Of a stretch of 64,000 bases of DNA, positions 51,633-64,000 are shown one piece after another; position 1 is the first letter of the stretch, and each line of letters begins with the position of its first letter. The stretch is from Eledone cirrhosa (Eukaryota). The stretch is taken from NCBI GenBank assembly GCA_964016885.1, contig OZ024762.1:17484001-17548000 (forward strand). Direction: 5' to 3'. The notes below the pieces were generated by a model that worked only from the letters and a program-made list of their open reading frames with translations, had not been told where the DNA came from and searched no databases. The position numbers and the translations under genes are program-made.

Positions 51633-54007
51633 GTTAAATACTTGCTCAGAGAGGAACAGACCCACTTTATCATGTATTTGACCATGGTTCTTGTTGATTG
51701 TCATGGCATATGACAGTCTTAATGGAAACTGGGGTCTTTCCAAAGTAAAAAGGATGTTGGCACCACTGGGAGCTAACTTCAGTCTTGGGATCAAAACACA
51801 CCTGCCCATCAAAGGACCATAGATATGAGAAGCTTCGATAAAATGTTTATGCAGTTCCACTACTTCTAATCTTGTGCCATTACATAATCTGTTCTGGATT
51901 GAAATATTCCATAGAAGCATTATTATTGATCCTGCTTTTAATTGGAGTTTGTGAGGCGGCATCCCAGAAGGTGTAAGCAAGTTCAGAAGTTCATTTAGCT
52001 TGAACCAGGCAGCAAGGGTAGTGTCTCGGTGTCCCTGTATTTCTACTGCAACCTGAGCATTGCCTCTTTGAAAGTAAACTCTGTTTGTTCTCCAGCTGTG
52101 TGTCTAGTTTGTATACTGTATGTGATGTACCATGAAGCTTAAATTCCGAGAGACACGACACTGCTTCTGGCTGAGACACATACCTGCAACAAAGATAGGT
52201 TCTTATTTCATCATGGTTGTGTTGGTTCTGAGCCTTATTAGGTAATGCATTATTCGTTACTTCTATAGTTGTACAATCATGCCCCATGTAACATATTTAA
52301 AGAGGTACTTGACACTTTTTACAGAAGGGCAAGCTTCAACATTAATATGTGCACAATATTTCTTAAGCAAAAAGGCATTAAATGGCACAACCTTCCTGTT
52401 ATCTACTGAATGTCATCCAATTTACACTGCAGTTCCTGTACTCTGGGTATCCATTTAGGTTCAATAATGTTTCCCTTCTGTAGGTTTATGGATAGTTCTT
52501 TTGGAAAAATCCATTTTGTATAAATGGGGAAAAAGGGTTTCCAGAACCACATGGCCCGTGGATCATAAACTTTTAAACCTGCTCATGTAGTACTGGATCA
52601 TCTTCCAATGCAGGTATTTCTGCTGACACGATTCTGTCAATGTCTTCTCTGTTTCTTATCTTGCCTTCATTTCTTAAGGCTCAGTGTTATCATCTGTTTA
52701 GATAATTCATTAAACCATTATACTCATCCACTCACAATTGGGCTTGATTGTTCCTCAAATATTGAAGCCTGCATCCCTCTACTTTCATATAGGCATCCAC
52801 TAAATACTGCTAAAATAATTTACCTGCCCTATATATCGCACTAAATCCTCCTCTATATGCTATACAGTATATGTAATACTCCTGCATTGTCAGTCTATTG
52901 CAAACACAGGTCCTGCATTCCTCTCCATGTCACTATGCCACCAAAATTCACCATTATGGGTCGGTCATGAATTATGTGGTATTTTCTGAGGAGGATGGTC
53001 TTTAGGAAAGATGATAATATCTCTTTGTACAGGTGGTGTGCCTTCAATCCCCCACAAAACAACAGCTATCATTACTAGTTGGTAAATTATCGCAGCTCAT
53101 ATCTGATCCTCTTTTAAATCTTAATTCACAGTTCTGTACACAACAATTTCCTCTTCTTGCACTTTGCTGTTTGATGCCATGCATTGTATTGTACACTTCG
53201 ACATATGGATTACATTCATGCAACACCTCTCTTATCATAGTCATTTTTTGTGGTGAGCAGTCATTATTTGTTGGCACTAGGGCAGTGGATTGGCAGTATC
53301 GGTAGAGCGTCAGACACCATGCTTTGCAGCATAGGGTTATGGCCCATTACGTTCTGGGTCCAAATCCCTCCAAGGTTGACTTTGTTTTCATCCTTATGAG
53401 GTCGATAAATAAAGTACCAGTAATACACTGGAGTAATTGCTGACCTTGTGCCAGAAACAATTATTTGGTGGTACTTCCAATCTGTGCTACACAGCTTCAT
53501 TCCCATCAATAATATATAACTGGCCATATTGTGGTGTATTTTCTGCAGGTTACAGAGGTGGGGGTGTAGTGATATGTTTGACCCTGAATATGAAAGCTAT
53601 ACGGGCCTCTGCCGGGTGGTAAGGCAAGTTTAACACGAAATGAAGTGAAATAAATGTAGTTTTAATTGCAGATGTTTCTGTGAAATCAACTGCTTCCTGG
53701 CCTCTTTCAAAGAGATTTCTCAGTCTCTCAGGGTATATTTGTAATGGAGGCATCACAACCTTTCCTTTATTACAACAGTTACAATTTTCATTTCTAAATT
53801 TCAAAGCTCCACAGTGATCACACGAAACATTCATATCACTAATATGAAATTCTTCTACATTTCCATTAATATTAATTGTTGGCCAATTTCTCTTACGACG
53901 CTCATTATCCATTCTTCTCTGTCTGAATGTTTTCCATTCTGTTGTTTATTATGTAATTAAATAGCTCTGTACAATACAGAGAGCGCTCTTCTTTTCTTTA
54001 CCTTTTC
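51629..54007 (-). mobile_element. Helitron RepHel pseudogene, unit 6
   Basis: ORFs from 51624 to 53912. Confidence 0.93.
53279..53459 (+). mobile_element. SINE in Helitron, unit 6
   Basis: Homologous to 5667-5847. Confidence 0.85.
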
Positions 54008-54211
54008 TATGGAAATACAAGAACAAATATATATATATATATGTATATAAATAAACAAGACTGTTATTTCTCCAACCTGTCTATTTACCTTCGATAACTA
54101 AATATAAATACACCTATACCATACATACATATACAATATTTGTTTTTGATGCCGTGGTATAGCAGAGATAAGCAAGAAGAGAAAAGAAAATGAAAAGGAG
54201 AAAAAAAAAGA

Positions 54212-54517
54212 ACTAAGAAGTCGGGGGAGGGACAGACACTTCACCCCAGTCTAAGTGGTCCCTCAGCCGCAACTCGTGGAAGAAATGTAAAAGCGTTACC
54301 TCGGAGCAAGGCCAGAGACACCTGCTACAATAGTCGCCCTTCCTCACGAGGCTCCTGCCGTCTTTCCTCCCGACTTTATGGAGGAAATCAGCAGTACGGG
54401 GACCAAGTATGGCAGAGGTCTCAATGGAGTGGAAGAAGTGAGTCAGGCCTCGGTACTATCTTACTCTCCTCTGCATTGCGGGGTGTGGAGCCTAGGTTTG
54501 TGGCTGTAGCTATATTT
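54212..54517 (-). mobile_element. CRE fragment 2, unit 6
   Basis: Homologous to 6600-6905. Confidence 0.75.
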
Positions 54518-56156
54518 GAACTTTTATATGAAATTTCAGTTTTATATTTTTCACATCTTAAAACTTAATCTTAGTCTTTTGCAGCTCATCTTGTTTCATC
54601 TCGCAGCACACGATTTGGGAACCACTGCTCTAGAGATAGAAAAAGTATATTTTATGCAGGGTTTCCCTGAGACATAAAAACTATTTCAAGAGATCGACAT
54701 GGGTAGAAAGGTTGAGAAATGCTGCACAATGTTCTTTGGGTTTTGTTCACCTTTAAATAATCATGTATAAAATATCGGGTGTGCAAGATTTCATGAAAAG
54801 GTATAACATTATTTATGCTGATCTTGCAGGGACTAGCTCCAATTGAGAGTTGTACCAATTCCCACTAAACTCGAAACTCCTGGACAATATATACATATCT
54901 TTATAAGTTCCTGTGTATTGTGTCGCTGTATAATGAAACATAAATATATACCATGCATGTCAGTCAGATTTGAACTCACTATATTTGGCGTTTTATAGAT
55001 ATAATTTGTTTGTGAAAAGAATTGATTAAATAATAACTAAATAAAATTAATTCTACAATCCTGGATAGGGAATGAACTTATAACTTCATAATAGAAACCA
55101 TCTATTCGAGCAGTATTGCCACCAGGTTACTTACAGAACTTCATTCAAATATAAAGTATAAAATATATGTCAGACAGTGAGTTCGAATCTAACTGATTAG
55201 TTGCCAACAGTTTAAATCGCCAACCGGTAGGTGATATCGACTAGGTTGGGAAAACTTGGTTAAGTAGCTCCAGTTATTGCTACGTTAGACATATTCAAGA
55301 CTTATCGAGACCGAATGGAAGAAAGGTAAAGTTGAAATCAGAGTAAAGAACTGGAAAAATACTGCAAAGAATTCTATCGGATGTTCTAACAATTCTACCA
55401 AATTACCTTATGTATATATATTTATATCTGGAGATAAGAAGAAAACTGAAAGAAAGAAGAAAAAAAAAAAAATGAAACTTTATATGTAACCCAGGATTGA
55501 AACCGAAACCAGGACCTCCACCATCTCTGGTATCACCCACCAGACCACCATGAAAGATACAAAAATCTGCTTTTTTAATATTTATAAGCCTACTTTCAAT
55601 ATTAAAGTAATTAACATGTGGTGTTGTTCATGCCTTTCTCTATGTTATTGGTAAAAAATAAAGTATTTAAACCTCAAATTTTGTTATTCAAATATGCTTG
55701 CTTATGTAATTATTAATGTCGCAGAATACACACGCATATATAGATGTGAAAATATTCAGGACCCCAACGGCTGTGCTATTGCCGTTTCGACATCTATATA
55801 TATATCTTTTAGTCCTAGGCTCTTTCAGCGCAGAAAGAATTCTCCAATGATCACAACCAGCTAATGGTGCCCAGTGGAAGCACTTTAGTCTAATTATAAC
55901 CCCAACGATCACGACTAGCGGCGGCTTTTTCGAGTCTGAGGTTGACTGCCAGATATATATATATATATATTGTTATACTTTGCTAGAATCCCGGAGAACA
56001 ACAGAAAGATGCTGAGTTCAGAGTATAAAAAACAATAGAAAGAAGGGCATAAATAAATATATATCAGTGGTTTAAAATCTTCTCTGCACCATGTCCAACC
56101 ACGACATTTTAAATATGTTTATGTCCACCCTTTAATATAAAAACAATCCGAGTCTT

Positions 56157-56888
56157 GTAAAAGTGTTATTACTGTAATATAAAGTAGAAACTGTTTATTT
56201 AAACAAAGCTGCGATGCAGCGATCATCAAAGCAAACCCCGAAATGTCAACAAACTTCTCGCAGGTGCTGCCAGATACACGATAACGTGTATACGAAGTGT
56301 AACAGGGAGTTGGGTCGTATTATATCACTTTCAAATTGACCCCTATTATATTCAAATTATCCCCTGTGGGGCGTGCACCCCACGTTGAGAATCCCTCATA
56401 AATAAATATATGTGAGTGTGTTGCTATGACTGCTATTTCTAGCAGGTTTATTGCAGTCCTGTAGACGCACACCAAAAACCGGAAGTGGCAGCCATTAAAA
56501 AACTTTGGCTTAAAATCAGGCAAAAGTTTTTTAACAATTTTCCAAGAAAGATAACTCTTGTCTTACTTAATCGCAAAAATCGAGGCAAAAATTTTGCGGG
56601 TGTGCAGTTTGTTTGGTGTATTTGACTGCTTTTTCTAGCATATATGGACACTTTAGAAATAGCAGCGAAACACGGAAAACATAAGAAAGAAGGACACACA
56701 CGTATATATATATATATTTAATTATGTATCTGTATATATATATATATACATATATATATGCACAGATATATATACATTTAAATATTTATATATATATACA
56801 CGCGCGCACACACACCTATACGTAGATATGGGTGTGTGTATAGCTGGTATATATATATATATATATATGTATGGGTGAGTGTATAGCT

Positions 56889-56946
<58 letters not shown>

Positions 56947-57475
56947 GGTGTGTGTCCTTCTTTCTGCTGTTTTCCGTTTTTCGCTGCTATTTCTAAAGTG
57001 TCCATACATGCTAGAATTAGCAGTCAAATACACCAAACAAACTGCACACCCGCAAAATTTTTGCCTCGATTTTTGCGATTAAGTAAGACAAGAGTTATCT
57101 TTCTTGGCAAATTGTTAAAAAACTTTTGCCTGATTTTAAGCCAAAGTTTTTTAATGGCTGCCACTTCCGGTTTTTGTTGTGCGTCTACAGGACTGCAGTA
57201 AACCTGCTAGAAATAGCAGTCATGCAACACACTCACATATATTTATTTATGAGGCATTCTCAACGTGGGGTGCACGCCCCACAGGGGATAATTTGAATAT
57301 AATAGGGGTCAACTTGAAAGTGATATAATACGACCAAGCTTCCAGATACACTTCGTATACACATGTTATCGTGTATCTGGCAGCACCTACGAGAAGTTTG
57401 TTTTGATCATCGCTGCATCGCAGCTTTGTTTAAATAAGGGGTTTCTACTTTATATTACAGTAATAAATGTTTTAC
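56157..57475. repeat. Long inverted repeat, unit 7 copy
   Basis: Homologous to 222-1543. Confidence 0.93.
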
Positions 57476-57606
57476 TTCGTCTACACATGTTATCGTGTAT
57501 CCGGCAGCACCTATGGGCTGTTTGTTTACCGTTTGGTGTTTAATTTGATTATCGCTTCATAGCAGGTTTGTTTAATTAAAGGTTGCGAGGGGGATCACTG
57601 ATATAA

Positions 57607-57651
<45 letters not shown>

Positions 57652-57882
57652 ACGCAAAGCCACACACATATATATACATACACGCAGACATACACCTGTG
57701 TGTATGTGTACGTGCGTGTCTTTGGCTGCTCTCTCTATATATATATCTCTCTCTCTCTCTTTTTCTCTCTGTGTATATATATATAGACACACACTGTTGT
57801 TTCCTGATTTTTAGTGCTGTTTCTAAAGTGTCTATTAATATATGCTAGAAATAGCAGTCAAGGGAACATTTACGTATATATA

Positions 57883-58288
57883 TGTAAGGGCAGTGACACC
57901 TGCTGCAACAACCATCCAACCTCGTGGGACTCCATCCTCAGACGGGCCACAGACACTCCGATGTTGCGGAGGAGCTCGGCTGTAATGGGTCCAAGTTGAC
58001 CTGGGGTCTCGACGGCGGCTGGTGCGTATAGAAGAGGCTCCAGGACAAACACCGGAATTTGTTTATTTTATGTTCATCTGCGAGACGGGCAGCGATGCTG
58101 GGGTTTGTGGATCTACCTCCTTCGAATGGGAAGAGGGTGATTCCCTCGGGGTGCTTGCCATCTCCGCGGCCTAGGCCTGCTGGCTCCTGTTGAGATGGAA
58201 AGTCAGCTGCGTCTAGGCTTCTTCTCATTATGTCGTTGAGAGCATTTATGTGGCTCACACACGCGGAGGCCAAGGCGTTGGGCTACTC
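57883..58288 (-). mobile_element. CRE fragment 1, unit 7
   Basis: ORFs 57870..58052 and 57938..58273. Confidence 0.8.
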
Positions 58289-59464
58289 CGATGCGAGTTC
58301 ACTCATCATCAAGAATTTATTTGAATTGAAAGGTCACTAAACTAATATAGGAGTGTGATTTAAAAATAAGGTAAACAGAAATAGTTACACCGGTAACATA
58401 ATTACTGTTACACCGGTAGTTCACTAACAAATCATTTCACGTTCGTCTCTAACAGGTAATATTTTAATTTGCTCTCCATGTTTGGGAGTAACTGTAGTTT
58501 GGCTTGCTAGGGGTCATACATCTTCATACACATACACACATACATATATACATATGCATATATATAATTATATGTAAATTCAGCTCCGTATTTAGGACAA
58601 ATGAGGCCTGTTCTAGTTATGAGGCCCCTTTCTTGGGCTCAGTAGGATGTAGGCTTGTTAAAATAATTCTTTCGGTAGGAAGATGGGCCCTTCTGTGTAG
58701 ATTCCTTCCTTAATATTTCAGATAGGAGGGACCGTTTCTGTTGTCTTCCTTTAGTTGTTCATTCCTTATTTTCAGTAATGTCCTTTCCGACCATAATTAT
58801 GTCGGCGACGTAAGCATAAGTCTAATTTATTCTTTAATGAAGGGTAGATCCTTCGATAGTGGAGGCCCGTGGTCTTACGATCATATGTGTATTCGATTCC
58901 TGGACTGTGTTGTTAGTTGTTTTACTTGAGCAAAAACTTCATTTCACATAGGTGGGGGGTTAACCCTGCGATCGACTGACATCATGTCCAGGGGGAAGTC
59001 ATGTACTCTCAGTCTCTTTACGCTACAGGAACTGGGACAGGCACCTGCTTGAGCTGACTTTACACTTTGGAAATCCTTAGATATTCTTCTTGGTGATATA
59101 TTTGTTAGCTTTGACTTTAATTCATCTGTTGACACCACTAATAATTCATAGATAGAAAAACGTTTGTGGCTTTAGTACACCTTTAAGCTTTAATTTCAAT
59201 TACTGACTATGTCTAACGAAGTAATAACTGGAGCGACTAAACCAGGGTTTCCTAACCTGGTGATATCAACCACCGGTGGCTGATTTCAACTTGGTCTCTT
59301 CGGCCACAAACCCGGGTACCGCGGCCCACGAAGGAAAGGAAGATAAACAAATATCAGAGGATTGTCCGGCTTCTTCCACTTGGCACCTGAAGCCACCATC
59401 ACGTATAAGTATAAATATAAATATATATATATACATATCTATCTATCTATCTATCTATATATAT

Positions 59465-59970
59465 ATCATCATTTTCATTTTACATCTGCTTTTCCCTGTT
59501 TGAAAGGGTGGGACATATATATATATATATATATATATCATCCTCATTATACATCCACTTTTCCCTGCTTATAAGGGTGGGACAGATCCTCTTCAGCGCA
59601 GCATCTCTCCTTCACCATCTCCTCTGAGCTTCAACGATCTGAGGTCAGCTCTCACTAGCTCTGCCCATATCTTCCTTGGTCTTCCTCTACTGCATATTCC
59701 TCCCACTGGGATTACTTGGCACTTCTTCACCCTGCGGTAATCCTGCATACGCATCGCATGGCCATACCAACGCAGTCTTTTCTCCCGCACACTGCAGTTT
59801 ATCCTTCTTATAGAGTTTCACTCTCAACTCGTCCATACTTGGTCTTTCACGCACATTGACATTGCACATCCAATGGAGCATGCTTGCTTCATTTCTCTTC
59901 AGCCTTCGCATATCCTCTGCAGTTGCTGCCCATGTCTCACTACCATGCAACATTGTGCATCTCACACAGG
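59465..59970 (-). mobile_element. RTE LINE 3' fragment, unit 7
   Basis: ORFs 59593..59790 and 59687..59965. Confidence 0.9.
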
Positions 59971-62344
59971 GTTAAATACTTGCTCAGAGAGGAACAGACC
60001 CACTTTATCATGTATTTGACCATGGTTCTTGTTGATTGTCATGGCATATGACAGTCTTAATGGAAACTGGGGTCTTTCCAAAGTAAAAGGGATGTTGGCA
60101 CCACTGGGAGCTAACTTCAGTCTTGGGATCAAAACACACCTGCCCATCAAAGGACCATAGATATGAGAAGCTTCGATAAAATGTTTATGCAGTTCCACTA
60201 CTTCTAATCTTGTGCCATTACATAATCTGTTCTGGATTGAAATATTCCATAGAAGCATTATTATTGATCCTGCTTTTAATTGGAGTTTGTGAGGCGGCAT
60301 CCCAGAAGGTGTAAGCAAGTTCAGATGTTCATTTAGCTTGAACCAGGCAGCAAGGGTAGTGTCTCGGTGTCCCTGTATTTCTACTGCAACCTGAGCATTG
60401 CCTCTTTGAAAGTAAACTCTGTTTGTTCTCCAGGTGTGTGTCTAGTTTGTATACTGTATGTGATGTACCATGAAGCTTAAATTCCGAGAGACACGACACT
60501 GCTTCTGGCTGAGACACATACCTGCAACAAAGATAGGTTCTTATTTCATCATGGTTGTGTTGGTTCTGAGCCTTATTAGGTAATGCATTATTCGTTACTT
60601 CTATAGTTGTACAATCATGCCCCATGTAACATATTTAAAGAGGTACTTGACACTTTTTACAGAAGGGCAAGCTTCAACATTAATATGTGCACAATATTTC
60701 TTAAGCAAAAAGGCATTAAATGGCACAACCTTCCTGTTATCTACTGAATGTCATCCAATTTACACTGCAGTTCCTGTACTCTGGGTATCCATTTAGGTTC
60801 AATAATGTTTCCCTTCTGTAGGTTTATGGATAGTTCTTTTGGAAAAATCCATTTTGTATAAATGGGGAAAAAGGGTTTCCAGAACCACATGGCCCGTGGA
60901 TCATAAACTTTTAAACCTGCTCATGTAGTACTGGATCATCTTCCAATGCAGGTATTTCTGCTGACACGATTCTGTCAATGTCTTCTCTGTTTCTTATCTT
61001 GCCTTCATTTCTTAAGGCTCAGTGTTATCATCTGTTTAGATAATTCATTAAACCATTATACTCATCCACTCACAATTGGGCTTGATTGTTCCTCAAATAT
61101 TGAAGCCTGCATCCCTCTACTTTCATATAGGCATCCACTAAATACTGCTAAAATAATTTACCTGCCCTATATATCGCACTAAATCCTCCTCTATATGCTA
61201 TACAGTATATGTAATACTCTGCATTGTCAGTCTATTGCAAACACAGGTCCTGCATTCCTCTCCATGTCACTATGCCACCAAAATTCACCATTATGGGTCG
61301 GTCATGAATTATGTGGTATTTTCTGAGGAGGATGGTCTTTAGGAAAGATGATAATATCTCTTTGTACAGGTGGTGTGCCCTCAATCCCCCACAAAACAAC
61401 AGCTATCATTACTAGTTGGTAAATTATCGCAGCTCATATCTGATCCTCTTTTAAATCTTAATTCACAGTTCTGTACACAACAATTTCCTCTTCTTGCACT
61501 TTGCTGTTTGATGCCATGCATTGTATTGTACACTTCGACATATGGATTACATTCATGCAACACCTCTCTTATCATAGTCATTTTTTGTGGTGAGCAGTCA
61601 TTATTTGTTGGCACTAGGGCAGTGGATTGGCAGTATCGGTAGAGCGTCAGACACCATGCTTTGCAGCATAGGGTTATGGCCCATTACGTTCTGGGTCCAA
61701 ATCCCTCCAAGGTTGACTTTGTTTTCATCCTTATGAGGTCGATAAATAAAGTACCAGTAATACACTGGAGTAATTGCTGACCTTGTGCCAGAAACAATTA
61801 TTTGGTGGTACTTCCAATCTGTGCTACACAGCTTCATTCCCATCAATAATATATAACTGGCCATATTGTGGTGTATTTTCTGCAGGTTACAGAGGTGGGG
61901 GTGTAGTGATATGTTTGACCCTGAATATGAAAGCTATACGGGCCTCTGCCAGGTGGTAAGGCAAGTTTAACACGAAATGAAGTGAAATAAATGTAGTTTT
62001 AATTGCAGATGTTTCTGTGAAATCAACTGCTTCCTGGCCTCTTTCAAAGAGATTTCTCAGTCTCTCAGGGTATATTTGCAATGGAGGCAACACAACCTTT
62101 CCTTTATTACAACAGTTACAATTTTCATTTCTAAATTTCAAAGCTCCACAGTGATCACAAGAAACATTCATATCACTAATATGAAATTCTTCTACATTTC
62201 CATTAATATTAATTGTTGGCCAATTTCTCTTACGACGCTCATTATCCATTCTTCTCTGTCTGAATGTTTTCCATTCTGTTGTTTATTATGTAATTAAATA
62301 GCTCTGTACAATACAGAGAGCACTCTTCTTTTCTTTACCTTTTC
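59967..62344 (-). mobile_element. Helitron RepHel pseudogene, unit 7
   Basis: ORFs from 59962 to 62249. Confidence 0.93.
61616..61796 (+). mobile_element. SINE in Helitron, unit 7
   Basis: Homologous to 5667-5847. Confidence 0.85.
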
Positions 62345-62556
62345 TATGGAAATACAAGAACAAACATATATATATATATATATATATGTATATAAATAAA
62401 CAAGACTGTTATTTCTCCAACCAGTCTATTTACCTTCGATAACTAAATATCAATACACCTATACCATACATACATATACAATATTTGTTTTTGATGCCGT
62501 GGTATAGCAGAGATAAGCAAGAAGAGAAAAGAAAATGAAAAGGAGAAAAAAAAAGA

Positions 62557-62862
62557 AGTAAGAAGTCGGGGGAGGGACAGACACTTCACCCCAGTCTAAG
62601 TGGTCCCTCAGCCGCAACTCGTGGAAGAAACGTAAAAGCGTTACCTCGGAGCAAGCCCAGAGACACCTGCTACAATAGTCGCCCTTCCTCACGAGGCTCC
62701 TGCCGTCTTTCCTCCCGACTTTATGGAGGAAATCAGCAGTACGGGGACCAAGTATGGCAGAGGTCTCAATGGAGTGGAAGAGATGAGTCAGGCCTCGGTA
62801 CTATCTTACTCTCCTCTGCATTGCGGGGTGTGGAGCCTAGGATTGTGGCTGTAGCTATATTT
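62557..62862 (-). mobile_element. CRE fragment 2, unit 7
   Basis: Homologous to 6600-6905. Confidence 0.75.
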
Positions 62863-64000
62863 GAACTTTTATATGAAATTTCAGTTTTATATTTTTCACA
62901 TCTTAAAACTTAATCTTAGTCTTTTGCAGCTCATCTTGTTTCATCTCGCAGCACACGATTTGGGAACCACTGCTCTAGAGATAGAAAAAGTATATTTTAT
63001 GCAGGGTTTCCCTGAGACATAAAAACTATTTCAAGAGATCGACATGGGTAGAAAGGTTGAGAAATGCTGCACAATGTTCTTTGGGTTTTGTTCACCTTTA
63101 AATAATCATGTATAAAATATCGGGTGTGCAAGATTTCATGAAAAGGTATAACATTATTTATGCTGATCTTGCAGGGACTAGCTCCAATTGAGAGTTGTAC
63201 CAATTCCCACTAAACTCGAAACTCCTGGACAATATATACATATCTTTATAAGTTCCTGTGTATTGTGTCGCTGTATAATGAAACATAAATATATACCATG
63301 CATGTCAGTCAGATTTGAACTCACTATATTTGGCGTTTTATAGATATAATTTGTTTGTTAAAAGAATTGATTAAATAATAACTAAATAAAATTAATTCTA
63401 CAATCCTGGATAGGGAATGAACTTATAACTTCATAATAGAAACCATCTATTCGAGCAGTATTGCCACCAGGTTACTTACAGAACTTCATTCAAATATAAA
63501 GTATAAAATATATGTCAGACAGTGAGTTCGAATCTAACTGATTAGTTGCCAACCGGTAGGTGATATCGACTAGGTTGGGAAAACTTGGTTAAGTAGCTCC
63601 AGTTATTGCTACGTTAGACATATTCAAGACTTATCGAGACCGAATGGAAGAAAGGTAAAGTTGAAATCAGAGTAAAGAACTGGAAAAATACTGCAAAGAA
63701 TTCTATCGGATGTTCTAACAATTCTACCAAATTACCTTATGTATATAAATTTATATCTGGAGATAAGAAGAAAACTGAAAGAAAGAAAAAAAAAAAAAAA
63801 ATGAAACTTTATATGTAACCCAGGATTGAAACCGAAACCAGGACCTCCACCATCTCTGGTATCACCCACCAGACCACCATGAAAGATACAAAAATCTGCT
63901 TTTTTAATATTTATAAGCCTACTTTCAATATTAAAGTAATTAACATGTGGTGTTGTTCATGCCTTTCTCTATGTTATTGGTAAAAAATAAAGTATTTAAA

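Larger units (their letters stand above)
47617..55935. repeat. Unit 6, short type A (8,319 bp)
   Basis: Retains AGTTTAAATCGCCAAC segment; VVMPP variant as in unit 1. Confidence 0.95.
55936..64000. repeat. Unit 7, short type B (runs off the window)
   Basis: B-type variants (VVLPP, HLAEA). Confidence 0.93.

Overview
Eukaryotic, AT- and microsatellite-rich DNA; the repeat families look cephalopod/Octopus-like, which is an inference from recalled consensus motifs. There is no intact protein-coding or canonical RNA gene. The whole window is one head-to-tail macrosatellite of 7 near-identical units starting at 1, 8325, 16672, 27971, 36306, 47617 and 55936 (the last is incomplete). Units are either short (~8.3 kb, subtypes A and B) or long (~11.3 kb, L), in the order A-B-L-B-L-A-B, and the B+L dimer is 19,646 bp both times. 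Each unit is a mosaic of dead transposon fragments: a ~540-bp-arm inverted repeat around a (TA)n core with hAT-like ends, three CRE-clade non-LTR endonuclease fragments, an RTE LINE, an internally deleted Helitron RepHel carrying a SINE with a 16-bp TSD, and further SINE/MITE relics. Short units derive from L by a 2,924-bp microhomology-flanked deletion. The most notable signals are the higher-order TE-built satellite, co-varying palindrome arms, mosaicism between units, and a minus-strand bias of the TE coding fragments (possible piRNA/hpRNA source). Most listed ORFs are microsatellite or antisense noise.
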